This document shows positions 49,480 to 61,475 of a DNA stretch of 64,000 nt, piece by piece. How positions within the stretch are numbered: position 1 is the stretch's first letter; each line of letters starts with the position of its first letter. The stretch covers positions 8,060,001 to 8,124,000 of the forward strand of contig JBHGNT010000014.1 in NCBI GenBank assembly GCA_043228905.1, read 5' to 3'. The notes below the pieces were generated by a model. That model saw only the letters and a program-made list of their open reading frames with translations, had not been told where the DNA came from and did no database searches. Source of the DNA: Azolla caroliniana. Its lineage: Eukaryota > Plantae > Polypodiophyta. The translations under genes and the position numbers were made by a program.

Positions 49480-50568
49480 TGTCGTGAAGATTTTCGGCAA
49501 TGGTGTGAAAATCACATAAAACATACGAAATTGAGTATGAATCATATAAAACAATAATAGTGAAAATACTATTTTAAATAAGTTTAATATCTTAGTACAA
49601 AAAGATGGAGGTCTTCAAGAGCTTTCGAATGCACTTTACTACATAAGAAACGGACATCTAAGTCTCAAGTTATAAGGGTAGGAAGTTTGGAAAGGAAAAG
49701 AGAAAGATAAAACTGTGAGATATCCCACATAGACAGGACAAATAAGGATCTTACCATATATAAGGCAGAGCAAAAGCTATTATCTTTGTGTCTATGTGTG
49801 GAGCATAGAGTTCAAGGTGACTTGAACTAAGCTAATTGGATGAATGGGTGTGGCCAACCAGAATCGGCGAGGCGGTGAATGGCAAGCGACTCGGGATGTG
49901 AACTAGGCCGAACCAAACGGATGCAAATCGGATAGATCGGTCGGTCGGTTAATCGCAGTGCATGGTGCATGGTGTCTTAAAGATATTTGGTCCAAAAGCC
50001 TAATAGTATTTTGTGCATAAAAGAAAAAGATGTAAGCAAGACTCAAAGTTTGCACCTCCAAGATAGGAAGCAATAGGCTTACCATTAAGCCAAATCATTT
50101 CTTTAGGGATTATATTTTTATCATTATAATATTACATGTAAATTCTCATATTAGAGCTTGATTGAGTGACATGTGATGCATGAGCGCCAAATGGCAAACA
50201 TGCATCACATGCATTCCATGCATTATATGCATGTCTTATACCCTCACATGCATCATATGCATGGGAGCACTATAAAAGGGTGGATGAAAAAGATCAAAGA
50301 GAGCGATGTATTAATCAAGAAATTAAAAGTAAGAAAATTCGCTATCCAATTGATGTATCAATCTTGTTCTTCAAATCTAAAGTCAAGAATTCAATCTTAA
50401 TCTCTCTCTCAATCTAAATCAAGTGTTCTATCTTATCTCAATCTCTCTCTCTTTCAATCTATCTTAATTCCTTTCTTGCTAAAGCTTGTGCAAACTTCGA
50501 GTCCTTCTGGTCCAAAACCCCGGCGGTTCCGCCTCACGATCCGCACGTAGTGACGGATCTTCACGACA
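49480..50568 (+). repeat. Solo LTR of the Trp-primed group
   Basis: TGTCGTGAAGA...TCTTCACGACA; TSD CCGT/TCGT; removing it plus 4 bp restores host gag GGLAERYGPIR; TATA at 50271. Confidence 0.9.
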
Positions 50569-53500
50569 TCGTTCTGCAAGACCACCAAGATAGATCTAGA
50601 CCATCTCATCTTCTTCCACCGTTACATTGATGGATCCGAGTGCATCGCAGATCGCCTTAATCTTAGTGGTGTAGTCCGTAACCGACATATCTCTTTGCCG
50701 GATGTTGTTCAGCTCTTGTTGGAGCTGCAACTTACGGGTTGTGGTACTTGCGGCAAAAATCTTCCGTAGATTTTCCCAAGCCTCCTTTGGCGTTTTTGTG
50801 TCCTTGATGTAGCCAAGCATCTGATCGTACACACCGGACGCGAGGTAGTACAATACTCGGCTCCCTCCTTGCTCCCATGCTGGGAAGTCTTTGTGTGCCA
50901 GCTCAAGTGTTACCTTGTTGGTTCCTTCCAAATAGCTCCAATATCCATGCCCCAACAGTTATTGGTGCATTTTATATGACCAGGATGCATAGTTGCTCCG
51001 ATCGAGCTTTTCTATGGGAAGCGAACTTTCCATACCTCTGTCCATCTCGGTTCTCTATTGTTCTTCACCAGGTGTTAGGGTTTGTCTTCGAAAGCGTCTG
51101 TCGGTTACAAAGGAGTCTCAACCCTTGCGCTCTGATACCAAGTAAAAGTTAGTGTGCGGAAACTTGACAAAACCGGTTTAGTCAGGCAGCAACAGAGAAT
51201 AAAAACACAGGTTCAATGGAAGCTTGAGAGTATATAGCAAACACGGGAGAGACAGAGAGAGAAAAACATAAACTCTATTAAAAAATAACACTATTTATTT
51301 TCTTCTTAATATACAACGTGTTAAACGGCACTATTTATACATGTCCTCAAAAGAATTGACAGAAGTACTATGTACTTCAATGCTCATACGAGCAGTTGAC
51401 ACTAACTACGAGTACTCTAACTACCTAGTAGTCTAGGAGTATAGGCCTTCGGGTTCACATTTGAATCCGGCTCTCCGATCTGGCTCATGGTTTCGGATAC
51501 CACCCGGACACCGATCCGGCTCTCTGATCCGGATACGGTTGAGCTTGCTTGCTCAACAAAAACCTCTTCCGAATAGGCTGCCTCCGATTCATTCCAAGTC
51601 TTGTCCGAATTGGCTGTCTCCAATTCGTATTCAATCTTTAGGCCCTTCACAACATCAGACCATGTCCAGGTGTTGTCCTTGTTCTTCCGGTCGGCTTTGT
51701 CCTTCTTGACTCTATTGTCGTCGCTACTTGTTCCGACTTTTTCGGATGTGCCGACTTCTTCAGTCAACTTGGCTCCCTTTTTCTTCTTGTCTCCCTTGTT
51801 TCGGTCTTCTCCTCCCACTCTTCGGCTGCTTCGCTGGTGCCTTTACCTATCTCTCCGGTTATTGTTCTAGTTCTCCCCCGCAAGTGCGGAATATCAAGAT
51901 GTTGTAACCTAAGCATCTCCAAAAAATGCTTCTTGACTTTTCCAATCTGAGTGGTTTGGTGAAGATGTCAGCAACCTGTCGATCCGTTCGAACATACCAG
52001 AGTTCAACTTCACCACTCAAGACCCGCTCACGCACAAACTAGTAATGTACTTCTATGGGCTTTGTGCAAGCATGGAACCCAGGGTTCTTGGCAAGCTGCA
52101 TGCTACTCATGTTGTCACAGTAGATCGGGATCAGAGTCGGTACTTCGAACTGGAGGTCGTGTAGCAATTGTCGAAGCCATATGGCTTCACAAGTGGTGAT
52201 GGTAACACCCCAATACTCAGTCTCAGTGCTCGATAGAGCCACTATCGGTTGCTTTTTGCTGCTCCACGCAACAACCACACTACCCAAAGAGAACATAAAA
52301 CCGAAGGTGGATCGATGATCTGACACATCACCGGCCCAATCGGCATCCATACAACCGATTGACTTTTTGGTTATATCGTGTCAGTATACCAGTCCTCGAT
52401 CCTTACTGCTGCTCACATATCGCAATAGTCGATGCATGCAATGAAGGTGCTCGACGGTCAGTCGCTGCAAAAACTAGTTGATCACATCAACCAGATAGCT
52501 GATGTCAGGTCGGGTGATTGTTAAGTATATAAGGCTTCCAACAATTTGTCAGAACCGTTTCTCATTGCAATCCGGTCCGGATTCGGGATGGAGCTTCAAA
52601 TTCCTATTGAATTCCAAGCACGGGGGGGCTAGCTTCAGGCCATAAAACAACTTCTTGAGTCGGCACACTGTCGTGTTCATCTTTGAATGAGATCCGGGGG
52701 GTTGGATCATATAGACTTGTTCTTCAAGATCGCTTTGAAGAAACACATTCATCACGTCCATTTGATGAAGATGCCACCTACTTGCTGCAGCAACTGCCAA
52801 CACCAGACGAACCGTCATCATCATCGCTATCGGAGTGAAGGTCTCATCGTAGTCGATTCTGTGGGTATACGCATATCCTTTGGCCACTAACCGAGCGTTG
52901 TACCGGTTGACCTAATTTTCGGTGTTATATTTTACCTTGTATACCCACTTGCAACCGAATAGTTTGCAATGTCGTGGAGGATCAACCAAGTCCCAGGTGT
53001 CGTTGGCATCGAGTGCCTGCATTTCTTCCTCCATCGTGGCACGCTAGTTCAAGTCTTTCGCCGCCTCTGCGTAGCTCTTCGGCTCACGCACTTCCACCAC
53101 TTTCTTCATGTATGCATATTGATGCTCCATGTACTCATTATATCCATACCACTTCACGGGATTCTTCTCGCAGGTCAATCGGTGCAACTTCTCATTAGCC
53201 TATTTAAGGGAGTCGATAAGGAGTACCATGATGCCGACTCATTGAACTTGACATCTCGGCTTTCTCAATCTTGTTTGTTCCTACGGTTGTAACACTTATA
53301 ACCCATCTATTCATGTGAGTTGCCGACCAAAATGCATTTCTCTGACATTGGGTCCAGCTTCCTCCACTTCTCCTCTAGTACATGCACATAGGCTATGCTA
53401 CCAAATACCCTGAGGTGTCTTAAGTTCGGCTTCAACCCGAAATACAGCTTGTGTGCTAACACCTTCTCCCCAATCCCATTTTTGATGCAGACCACCATCC

Positions 53501-54170
53501 AAAATGCTTCGGCCCAGTAGAACTTGGGCATGCTTTTTTCCTCCAACATTGCCCATGCTGCTTCCACAACTACTCGGCCATGCCATTTTGTTCCGGAGTA
53601 AATCTACAACTGAAATCTCCCCGGATTCCCTTCTGTTGGAGATAGTTGTTAAATTGGCTGGAAAGATACTCTTTCCCGCCATCTGACCGCAGGCACTTGA
53701 CCTTCCTCTTCATTTCCCGTTCGACAAGACTTTGTAGGTTCTGGAAACAGTTGAAGACCTCGCTTTTCTTCTCGATGAGATAGATTCATGTGTGTTGGCT
53801 ATAGTCGTCTATGAAGGAAACGAAGTATCAACTCCAACCAATACTAACATTCTATGTCCATCCCCATACATCCGAATGTATCAAGTCAAGCTTTTTCCGG
53901 CTCCGATTTTGCTCGTTGGGGAATGGAAGCCGGTGTTACTTCCCTAGCTAGCAGGCTTCACAAATTTGTGCCTTCCGGCCACTAAATTTTGGCTCAATCC
54001 AAAAATCACTTGTTTCGATTGCAGATCTTGAAGCCTCTAGTAGTTGATGTGGCCTATTCGCTTGTGCCATAAGTCGATGTCTGACTCGACTGTTTGTCAT
54101 TTGGCGAATAGAGTGGTGCCAATGTCGTTGGTGTCGAGGATAAACATCCTCCCTATTACGAGCATGACCA

Positions 54171-54623
54171 TGTTATTCATGGGCCGGACTTGCCTCTAAC
54201 TCAAGGTGTCCCTTCGGAACACTACACCAAAGGGTGGTTACAGTAAGGGATTCAACACTTAACAACAATAACCGGTTGTCTTCCAGTTCAGTATCCGTAT
54301 TCACAACACACCTCAAGTACACGCGTAAGATTCATACATTGAGTGCAAAATGGAATAGAATATGAGGATCCACCAGATATTATAACAAAACTTCCTTATA
54401 TTAATATTCCATCCCTTAATACATCGATACCCAGATCCTTTTATAGGCATCTGGTTCTTTGTTACAAAATGGTGTCTAATCGACAATCGGCTACGAATCG
54501 GTCTGGATCCGGATCAGCATACCTATTCCGGATCCGTCCATTCCTATAACTAATAATATTATTATATATCCAGAAATCGGTTCGCCCCTTCCTCATTACA
54601 TTCTTGGCCGCCAACAGCCAACA
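54171..54623 (-). repeat. Probable 3' LTR of a second Arg-type gypsy family
   Basis: TGTTA...CAACA termini like 6041-6477, 453 bp, minus-strand TATA (CCTATAAAAG) near 54440. Confidence 0.65.
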
Positions 54624-54625
54624 CC

Positions 54626-54642
54626 TGGCACGCCCGTGGGAC
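54626..54642 (+). promoter_or_regulatory. tRNA-Arg PBS-like motif, antisense to the adjacent LTR promoter
   Basis: TGGCACGCCCGTGGGAC with the same CC spacer as 6478-6479 and 11847-11848. Confidence 0.75.
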
Positions 54643-54789
54643 AATACCTTGTACATTGAATCCACGGGTACCTTCACTACTCTTCATCAAGTATGTCCAA
54701 AATACTCTGGTCAAGGGGTTCGAGAGATTCCTCGCTTTACTGCTCCCGCTCCTGTTGCGGTTGCTCCTCAAGAGGGTGGTACGACGGTT

Positions 54790-56944
54790 GACCACCCTAT
54801 ATAAGCCACGCCCCATGGTGGCTAAAAAGAGGGGGGAAGAAGGAGAAGAAGGAGAAGGGGAGGAAGGAAAAGCGAGTGAAGAAGCTCGCGTTGGTGTGCG
54901 ATGCAGAGCTCGCAAAAGAAGATGGTGGCCTGCATAAATCAAGACAAGAGTTAAAGAAAAGAACACAAATACAAGAAAAGGAAGAAGTTAAAGTGTTGTA
55001 TCTCAAACACCTCTTTGTAAACCAAAGGTCATGAGTTTGAATCCTCTTAGAACAACTTCTTTTGGTAATCAAATTTAGTATATATAAATTGAAAGAGAAA
55101 GACAAATAAATAGAAACCAAAGAAATTGAAGTGGTCTATCTCAAACGCTTCTTCTCAAATAGAGTTCGTGAGTTCAAGTCTTGCCAAGTAACCTCACAAG
55201 TCTTGCCAAGTAACTTTTGGCAAATAAATATTGTAAGTGGTTGCTTTACAAAGAAAATTCTTTTCGCGACAACGTCGCATTTATCTTGCCTTCTCGGCTT
55301 CTTGTCATTGCACCATATGCGATTACACCTTGTCACCCCGATCATCCCCGAGTCACAGATCCCCAGCAGTTGCGACACACAACCACAATCTTCTCGACAC
55401 AAATTTGGTGAACCAGATATGAAGTGTCGTCGACAAGGGGAGTTTCGGAGTTAAATTTTTCCAAAGAGAAGGTCGAAAAATCAAAGAAAATGGCGGATAA
55501 AGGTGCCAACACAGAGATGGCAAATAAGGGCTTCAATGAAGAGATGACAAGTTTCATGATGACGATGATGAATCAGATGCTGCAAGAGCAATGTGCGATG
55601 AATCAGATGGAAAGTGAGTTAACACTCGCCGTACAAACGGTCATCGAGAGAATAAGCAGATTTAATGGTGAGGACATCACTCGGTTCCTCGAGGTCTACG
55701 AATACAAGATGGCTAGTAGAGGGGCAACTGGAGTACAAATAGTATAACATATCAATCAGGTGTGCACACTTGATGTCCGAGCAAGGGTAACAAAATTATC
55801 AGAAAAATTCCGTGAAGATTGGCCCGGGTTTCATCAAGCATTGCTTGATGAATATATGCTAGACGACCGGACTAGAATGTCAAAGAAAAGCTTTTTGGAA
55901 TGGACCGAGAAAGGGGGTAAAGGACTCTCAGTGTCAGAGTTGCTGAGAGAGTTCGAGAAAAGATATAATGAGCTCTCAGTGAAAGACCGAGAACTATTAC
56001 AGTCAGAAAAGGTGGATTTATTCATCCAAGCGGCAGATAAATCTTTTAGAAAAAATATCACTATCCTTCTAGAAGACCGGACAAGCAGAACCGGTTTGGT
56101 GTCTGATTGGATGAAAGTACCTGAGGCTTGTCGACTACTAAGAAGGAGGGAGCTAAGGATGGAGGATGGCTATGACAATAGAATAAAGACAACAACCAAA
56201 GAACATCCAAAACAAGAATCGGGAACCCGAATGGATGTTGGCAAAGGAAAGGAGCCAGAATCTGCGATTGTTGAACTGATAAAGGGAATGCGGGATCTAC
56301 AACTCAAGTTCACAAAACTTGAGAAGGGTGAAAGCTCGGGTGTTCGACAAAAGCCCAATGAAGGAGAAAAGGGGGAATTCGTCCGCCGATGCATATGGTG
56401 CAATAGCATGAAGCACCAAAAAAGGGATTGTCAGAGCCATAAGGAAGCATTAGAAAGAGATGTTATCTTCTATCAAAATGGGAGAATCCACTCCTCGGAG
56501 ACTCGACAACCCCTAAAAACCAACTTCGGCAAATGTGGGATGAAGAAAGCCATGGAGGACGAAGAGTCGAAGAATGTTCAAGCAATGTACTTTTCGACTA
56601 CCTCCAGATTGAAGGTCGATGATCCCCATATTGGAACAGGATTGTGGGGAAAAGTGATAAATTCTGCTATTGACAAAAGAATCCAACCACAGGACTTACG
56701 AAAGGCCGGCGACAAAATCAGGAATAGTACTAGGTGCGATGACCCAGTAGATTCACTCACACCAATCGCAAAGATAGCAGGGGTGAATGCCCACGAAGTG
56801 ACAGTCGAAGAAAAGAGAAGGAGAACTGAAGAAGCGGGTCCTTCAAGAAAACCCGAGACCCGAGAGCAAAAGAGACGGGAAACGGAACGAGCTGTTGTGG
56901 AACCAATGAAAGAAGACAAAGGTAAGCAGAAGATTTCCCCGTGA
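54790..56944 (+). mobile_element. Trp-primed gypsy 5' part: LTR to about 55401, PBS from 55406, full-type gag with CCHC
   Basis: TATA near 54798; TGGTGAACCAGATATGA; ISRFNGEDITRFLEVY..GLVSDWMKV..CIWCNSMKHQKRDC; two B-box-like motifs at 55034 and 55171. Confidence 0.85.
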
Positions 56945-57230
56945 CATAGAGAGAGCGAGAGAGGAGATACAAAGTGATATTCTGTTGTAACCTCCGCTTG
57001 GCGAAGAAACAGAGCTCGAGGTTGTTGCCTCTGAGTCTCTGACTATACCTCTCTCATATAGTGTTAGTTCGGAGTCTATGGGCTCCCGTGGTTTTTCCCA
57101 TTTAGGGTTTTCCACGTAAACATCCTGTGTACTCTCTTTTGGTGTACATGTATTCATCTCTATTCTCATTTCTGTGTTTGATCCTTAAATGAAGTTATTC
57201 AAGACTCAGTTGTGGTTGAGCAAGACTCAG
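56945..57230 (+). repeat. LTR fragment related to the intact Tork-like copia
   Basis: CTCCCGTGGTTTTTCCCATTTAGGGTTTTCCACGTAAACATCC matches the reverse complement of about 13755-13800. Confidence 0.8.
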
Positions 57231-57259
57231 TATGCCCTCCTTAAATGAAGTGATTCAAG

Positions 57260-57410
57260 ACTCCATCGAGAACCCTTCCACTAAGACCCTGACAGAGTAT
57301 TTCAGTGAGTACTCCATCGCCAGCAAGGCATATAGAACACAGGGTGACGAAGATGCCCTATTCCGGGAGGTAGCACTTGTTCTCCATGAATATGGTTTTG
57401 TGCACCCCTG
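57260..57410 (+). pseudogene. Fragment homologous to the gypsy extra-ORF domain
   Basis: PSTKTLTEYFSEYSIASKAYRTQGDEDALFREVALVLHEYGFVH versus PPTEALQRYFGPYSSFAKAYRTKQIPDPFFREVAKFVLEVGCVH. Confidence 0.8.
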
Positions 57411-57729
57411 TTCTCCATTAATATGGTTTCTATTTCCTCAAGGTCGATCCGCAGAGCGACCTTCTCCGGTTCCTCATGCGGCAGTGCCTCTGCTATTTAG
57501 AGGAATCCCTCCAGTTCGTGCCGACTGAACCATGTCTTGGCTTCTTCGCTTTCACTAGTGTTGATAAGTTTCGGGGTGCTAGGGCTTGTCTGCGTTTGAT
57601 GGATTGCTCGTAAGCGCTTCTGCTCTTCTAGTGCTCTGTTTTCGCAAAATGAGAGTGCCTCTATTGCTCGGATGTTTTGTGCCCCCATTCTGCTCCGCCG
57701 CCTTTTCTTGATTCACGCGAGGTTACTTC

Positions 57730-58296
57730 ACGCATATCTTCTAGGAAAAAGCTTTACTTAGAAGAAAAACGCATGATAGAAAAAAGCTACACATGCACAT
57801 CTAGCGTGCATAAACACTATAGTCGATAAAAAACGCATGAGGTTAGAAAAAGCATGGAATGCTAAGACTCTCTCATCACTATATAAGGATGGGGAGCACA
57901 ATGTAATGAGAGGAGAGAAAATTATGGATGAAAAATCATTAGGGTTCAAAAAACTAATGATTAATAAAATAAACTATGCTTCTCGGATTCACAAGTTTTC
58001 TATATCTTTCTCTTCCAATATATTCTTATTTATTATTAGAGTTTTAAATATTAATAAAATAAATAAACTATACTCTTGGGATTCACGAGGTTTCTATATC
58101 CTTCTCATTCAATCTAAATTCATATTCTTATCTATATATTGATTAATCAAATACATTATACTTCAGGGATTCGCAAGTTCCAATCTCTCTTTCTTATAAT
58201 CTATTTGCCTCAAAACTCTCCTCCTCCTAGTCCAAAACCCTGGCGGTTCCCACCCAACTCACGCAACGATCCGGCGCTGAAAGGTGTTGAGAGACA
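57730..58296 (+). repeat. Partial LTR of the Trp-primed group
   Basis: Homology to 1-125 (reverse) and to GTCCAAAACCCCGGCGGTTCC at about 50510; TATA near 57880; terminus ambiguous. Confidence 0.6.
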
Positions 58297-58429
58297 ACCT
58301 CAACATTCATGCGTAATACGATGCGTAACCTAGTGCGTAGACTGGGTGCGTAAATCGGTACGCACAACTTGGCCATATCGGTGCGTAAACCGAAAGGCCG
58401 TTAGTATAATATTCCCCGTAAGGAATAAT

Positions 58430-59357
58430 TTTGGGAGTTAGTGTAGAGCTCACTTATGAGCATTGAAGTATGTGTCAGTGCTTCCGTCAGTCCGTATGGA
58501 CTTGTATAAAAGTGCTCACTGAGCACATCCTATGTACAGATTGAGTATTATTTTGAATTGAGTTTCTGTGTGTTCTCTCTCTCTGGAGGAAAAGAGCTCG
58601 CCCAAGTTCTATTGGGCCAAGGCAGTACGAACCGCGGTGTACATTCAGAATCGGATCCGAGAAAAAGTGTCGGCAAAGGGGTGGCATTTACATCAGATGG
58701 ATGTAAGGAATGCGTTCCTGTAAGGTGATGACTTGGTCATCACCGACGCCGACCTAGGTGAGATAGACCGCGTGAAGCTCCAACTTGTGGCATCATTTGA
58801 CATGAAGGACCTGGGGGACCTTCATTACTTCCTCGGGATCGAAGTGACCCGCATCCCCGAAGGCATACTGATCAACCAATGGCATTACATGTTGAGTATG
58901 CTCTTCAAATTCGGGATGGCCAACTGTAAGTCCGTCTCGACTCCTCTAGATAGAATCGTCAAGCTTCGCCCCGATTCCGGAAAGGTATGCAACCCGATGA
59001 GGTTCCGACAGATAGTCGGAAGCCTTATATACTTGACCATCACCCAACCAAATCTCAGCTACCCGATCCGGGTGATCAGTCAGTTCATGGCACGACCGAC
59101 CGAGGAGCACAACGCGTACTCCGGTACGTCAATGGCACTAAGGACCAGGGGCTACTATATCGGACCGATACTGTCGCGCAATTGGTCGGTTACACCGATG
59201 TTGATTGGGCCGGAAACATCGTCGATCGCCGATCCACGTCCGGTTTCACATTCTCTCTTGGGAGTGCCGCGATCGCGTGGAGTAGCTGACAGTTGCGTTG
59301 TCAAGCACCAAAGCCGAGTATAGAGGAGCAGTTGTCGCAACATGCGAAGCCATATGG
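58430..59357 (+). mobile_element. Deleted copia remnants (LTR piece, INT, RT, RNase H)
   Basis: FYWAKAVRTAVY, FDMKDLGDLHYFLGIEV, GYTDVDWAG. Confidence 0.85.
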
Positions 59358-60477
59358 TATGAGGCATACGACTATGAGAGACTGAAGGGACGAGATCGAC
59401 ACGAGTTTGACCAATGGGTGGCATCGACGAAGATTCACCAAAGCGCGGCACAAGCATTCCTAGAGTTCAAGCATCATTTTGCTCAACTCTCGGAGCGGGA
59501 ACAATGATTGGTGGGGGTGGATAAAGTCCTCATGTTCGTAAGATCGATCGATCAGAAAGAAAGGATGGCCATCGAGATTGAACTTGAAGCCGATGACGGT
59601 GCAAATGGCCTCATCGAGGATTGGGCCGAAGTCGAAAGAGTATGCCGAAGACATGATAAGAGGAAGATGAGAATCTCGTTGGCATCAACATGGTTCATGA
59701 GGGATGATCGGTTGAGAACGAATGATGTGGCCGATATGAAGGCCGAAATACAATATGATGGTACTACGGGACAAGGCGTGGAACAAGCTACCCTCTCGTC
59801 TTGCGAAAGAATTATGACCAATGAAAAAGCCGATGACTTGAGAGTGGTGAACACCACTTCAAGGGTGGAAGAAGGTTTCGGGACATGAGTGTCCGAAACA
59901 TCAAGTGAAAAAGGGGTAAGCATAATCGAAGCTTGCACAATCGCGGAGGGCAAAGAGTGTGAAGCCTATGGAGTTGAAGTGATAGCCACGGATAACGACA
60001 TCGAGGCGAAGGTGGCTAAGGATGATTCCATGGAGGACAGTAATACCGAGGATTCCTTCCCATTAATTCTAGAGACTTCGGCAGTTGCATCTGAGAGCTA
60101 ACATGAGACTGAAGAGACTGAAGGTGGCACAGAGGAAACAAAGGTTGAAGCCGATGCATGTGACAGAGAGATAATCGAGAAGGTGGCTATGGATGAGACA
60201 ATGGCAGATGGTCGAGGCGAGACTTTCCCAACACTAATTCTAGAGACTTCGGTAGCTGCATTCGAGAGGCAATGTGAGACCGGAGAGACGGAAGGTGGCA
60301 ACAGGAAAGTGGAAGACCAAGCCAATGCAAGTGACAACTACCATGTGGTTGTGATTGATCAAAGACATAGGGATTCCTCCACACCTATTCTGGAGATTTC
60401 GGCAATTGTGCACGAGAGCCAACATGAGACCGAAGAAATGGAAGGTGGTGGCGAGGTAGAGTTTGATGAAGAGGAAG
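59358..60477 (+). pseudogene. Internal fragment of a third gag-only family member
   Basis: HEFDQWVAS..DKVLMFVRSID..GLIEDWAEV, then acidic repeats DSFPLILETSAV / ETFPTLILETSVA / DSSTPILEISAI. Confidence 0.85.
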
Positions 60478-60880
60478 TGTGAAAGTAAGCGTGTGGAAGT
60501 GTTAGACAGAAGCAACTTAGTTGGATAGCAGTAGAGAATAAGAGGTTTAATGGAGAAGCTTAATACACAGAGAGTATACGCGGGAGAGACTGAGAGAGAG
60601 AGAGAGAGAGAAACATAAACTCAATTCAAAAATCACTCTAAAACTCTATGTATACAATGTGCTATAACAACACTATTTATACAAAGTCCATAAAGAAATT
60701 ACAGAAGTACAGACAGGTACTTCAATGCTCATACGAGCGACTGATACTAACTACGAGACAATGATTACCTAGTAGTCTAGGCTACTACTAGGATTCTGGT
60801 TCATGCTCGAATCCAGCTCTCTGATCCGTCTCCCCAATCCGGCCGGTTGTTTCCGGATACCAATCCGGATCCGGTTATCA
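60478..60880 (-). repeat. Copia (second lineage) LTR, truncated
   Basis: Shares GTACTTCAATGCTCATACGAGCGACTGA with the LTRs at about 45030 and 51370. Confidence 0.8.
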
Positions 60881-61121
60881 CTCCGAACACACATTTCGCT
60901 GGGTTCAGACTCAGCCGGTATCCTCGGCACTTCTCTAAACATAACCAGAGATGATCTAGGTGTTCACCTTGTCGGCTGTATACCACATAGTCGTCTAGAA
61001 ACACCTACATGAACGCCGGAATGAATTCTTCGAATATCTCCATAATGATGCGCTGAAAAGTTGTCGGTGCCACCTTTCGTCCAAACATCATAACTACTGC
61101 CACGAATACTCCCCACTCCGT
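60881..61121 (-). pseudogene. Gypsy RT fragment (Arg-family type)
   Basis: TEWGVFVAVVMMFG..VFLDDY..LSLNPAKCVFGV, homologous to 27720-27970. Confidence 0.85.
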
Positions 61122-61475
61122 TGTCGTGACGTGGCTCGCCTAGAAGCGTAGCGTTGCACACACAAAGGATAACGTGAAAGTGAGTAAGGAATCACTGGGA
61201 TTATGGAAGGAAGAGACGAAAGAGTAGAGATGGAGTGAATAGAGATCAACAAGATATGACAAAATAGGATTTTTAAGGAATATAAGATAAGACAAGATAA
61301 GATATAAAATAATATATGACAAAGTGTATGAAATTTATAATCATTTTCATGAAAGAGTTACAAAATGATTGTGCACGTCGTTGAACCTCCGAACTTTGTC
61401 TTGCAAGGTAATCGCTCTTCTCTTTCTTGATCGTAGACCACTACAATCTTCACTTCAATATTTTGATGAAAATAA

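Larger units (their letters stand above)
40258..51558 (-). mobile_element. Decayed full-length copia B (3' LTR about 40258-45212 interrupted; 5' LTR about 51141-51558)
   Basis: PBS TGGTATCAGAGC 51129-51140, gag 50596-50955, WYVDSGAS, INT, RT, RNase H, PPT 45213-45229; TSD not clear. Confidence 0.85.
39494..54153 (-). mobile_element. Decayed copia A (3' LTR about 39494-39954; body 39955-40257 and 51559-54153), host of copia B
   Basis: PPT at 39955-39971; the 3' extension sequence continues across the nested element; RNase H, RT and INT remnants at 51900-54153. Confidence 0.75.

Noticed and set aside
50173-50400. His/Met-rich peptides (also 38278-38472, 61585-61872) as metal-binding proteins
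   Set aside because: Translation of ATGC/CATG-rich promoter sequence upstream of LTR TATA boxes.
58288-58300. Possible LTR terminus GAGACA followed by ACCT (non-CG flank)
   Set aside because: Terminus does not match CGACA/TGACA, so it was not counted in the TSD tally; it would be an exception if real.
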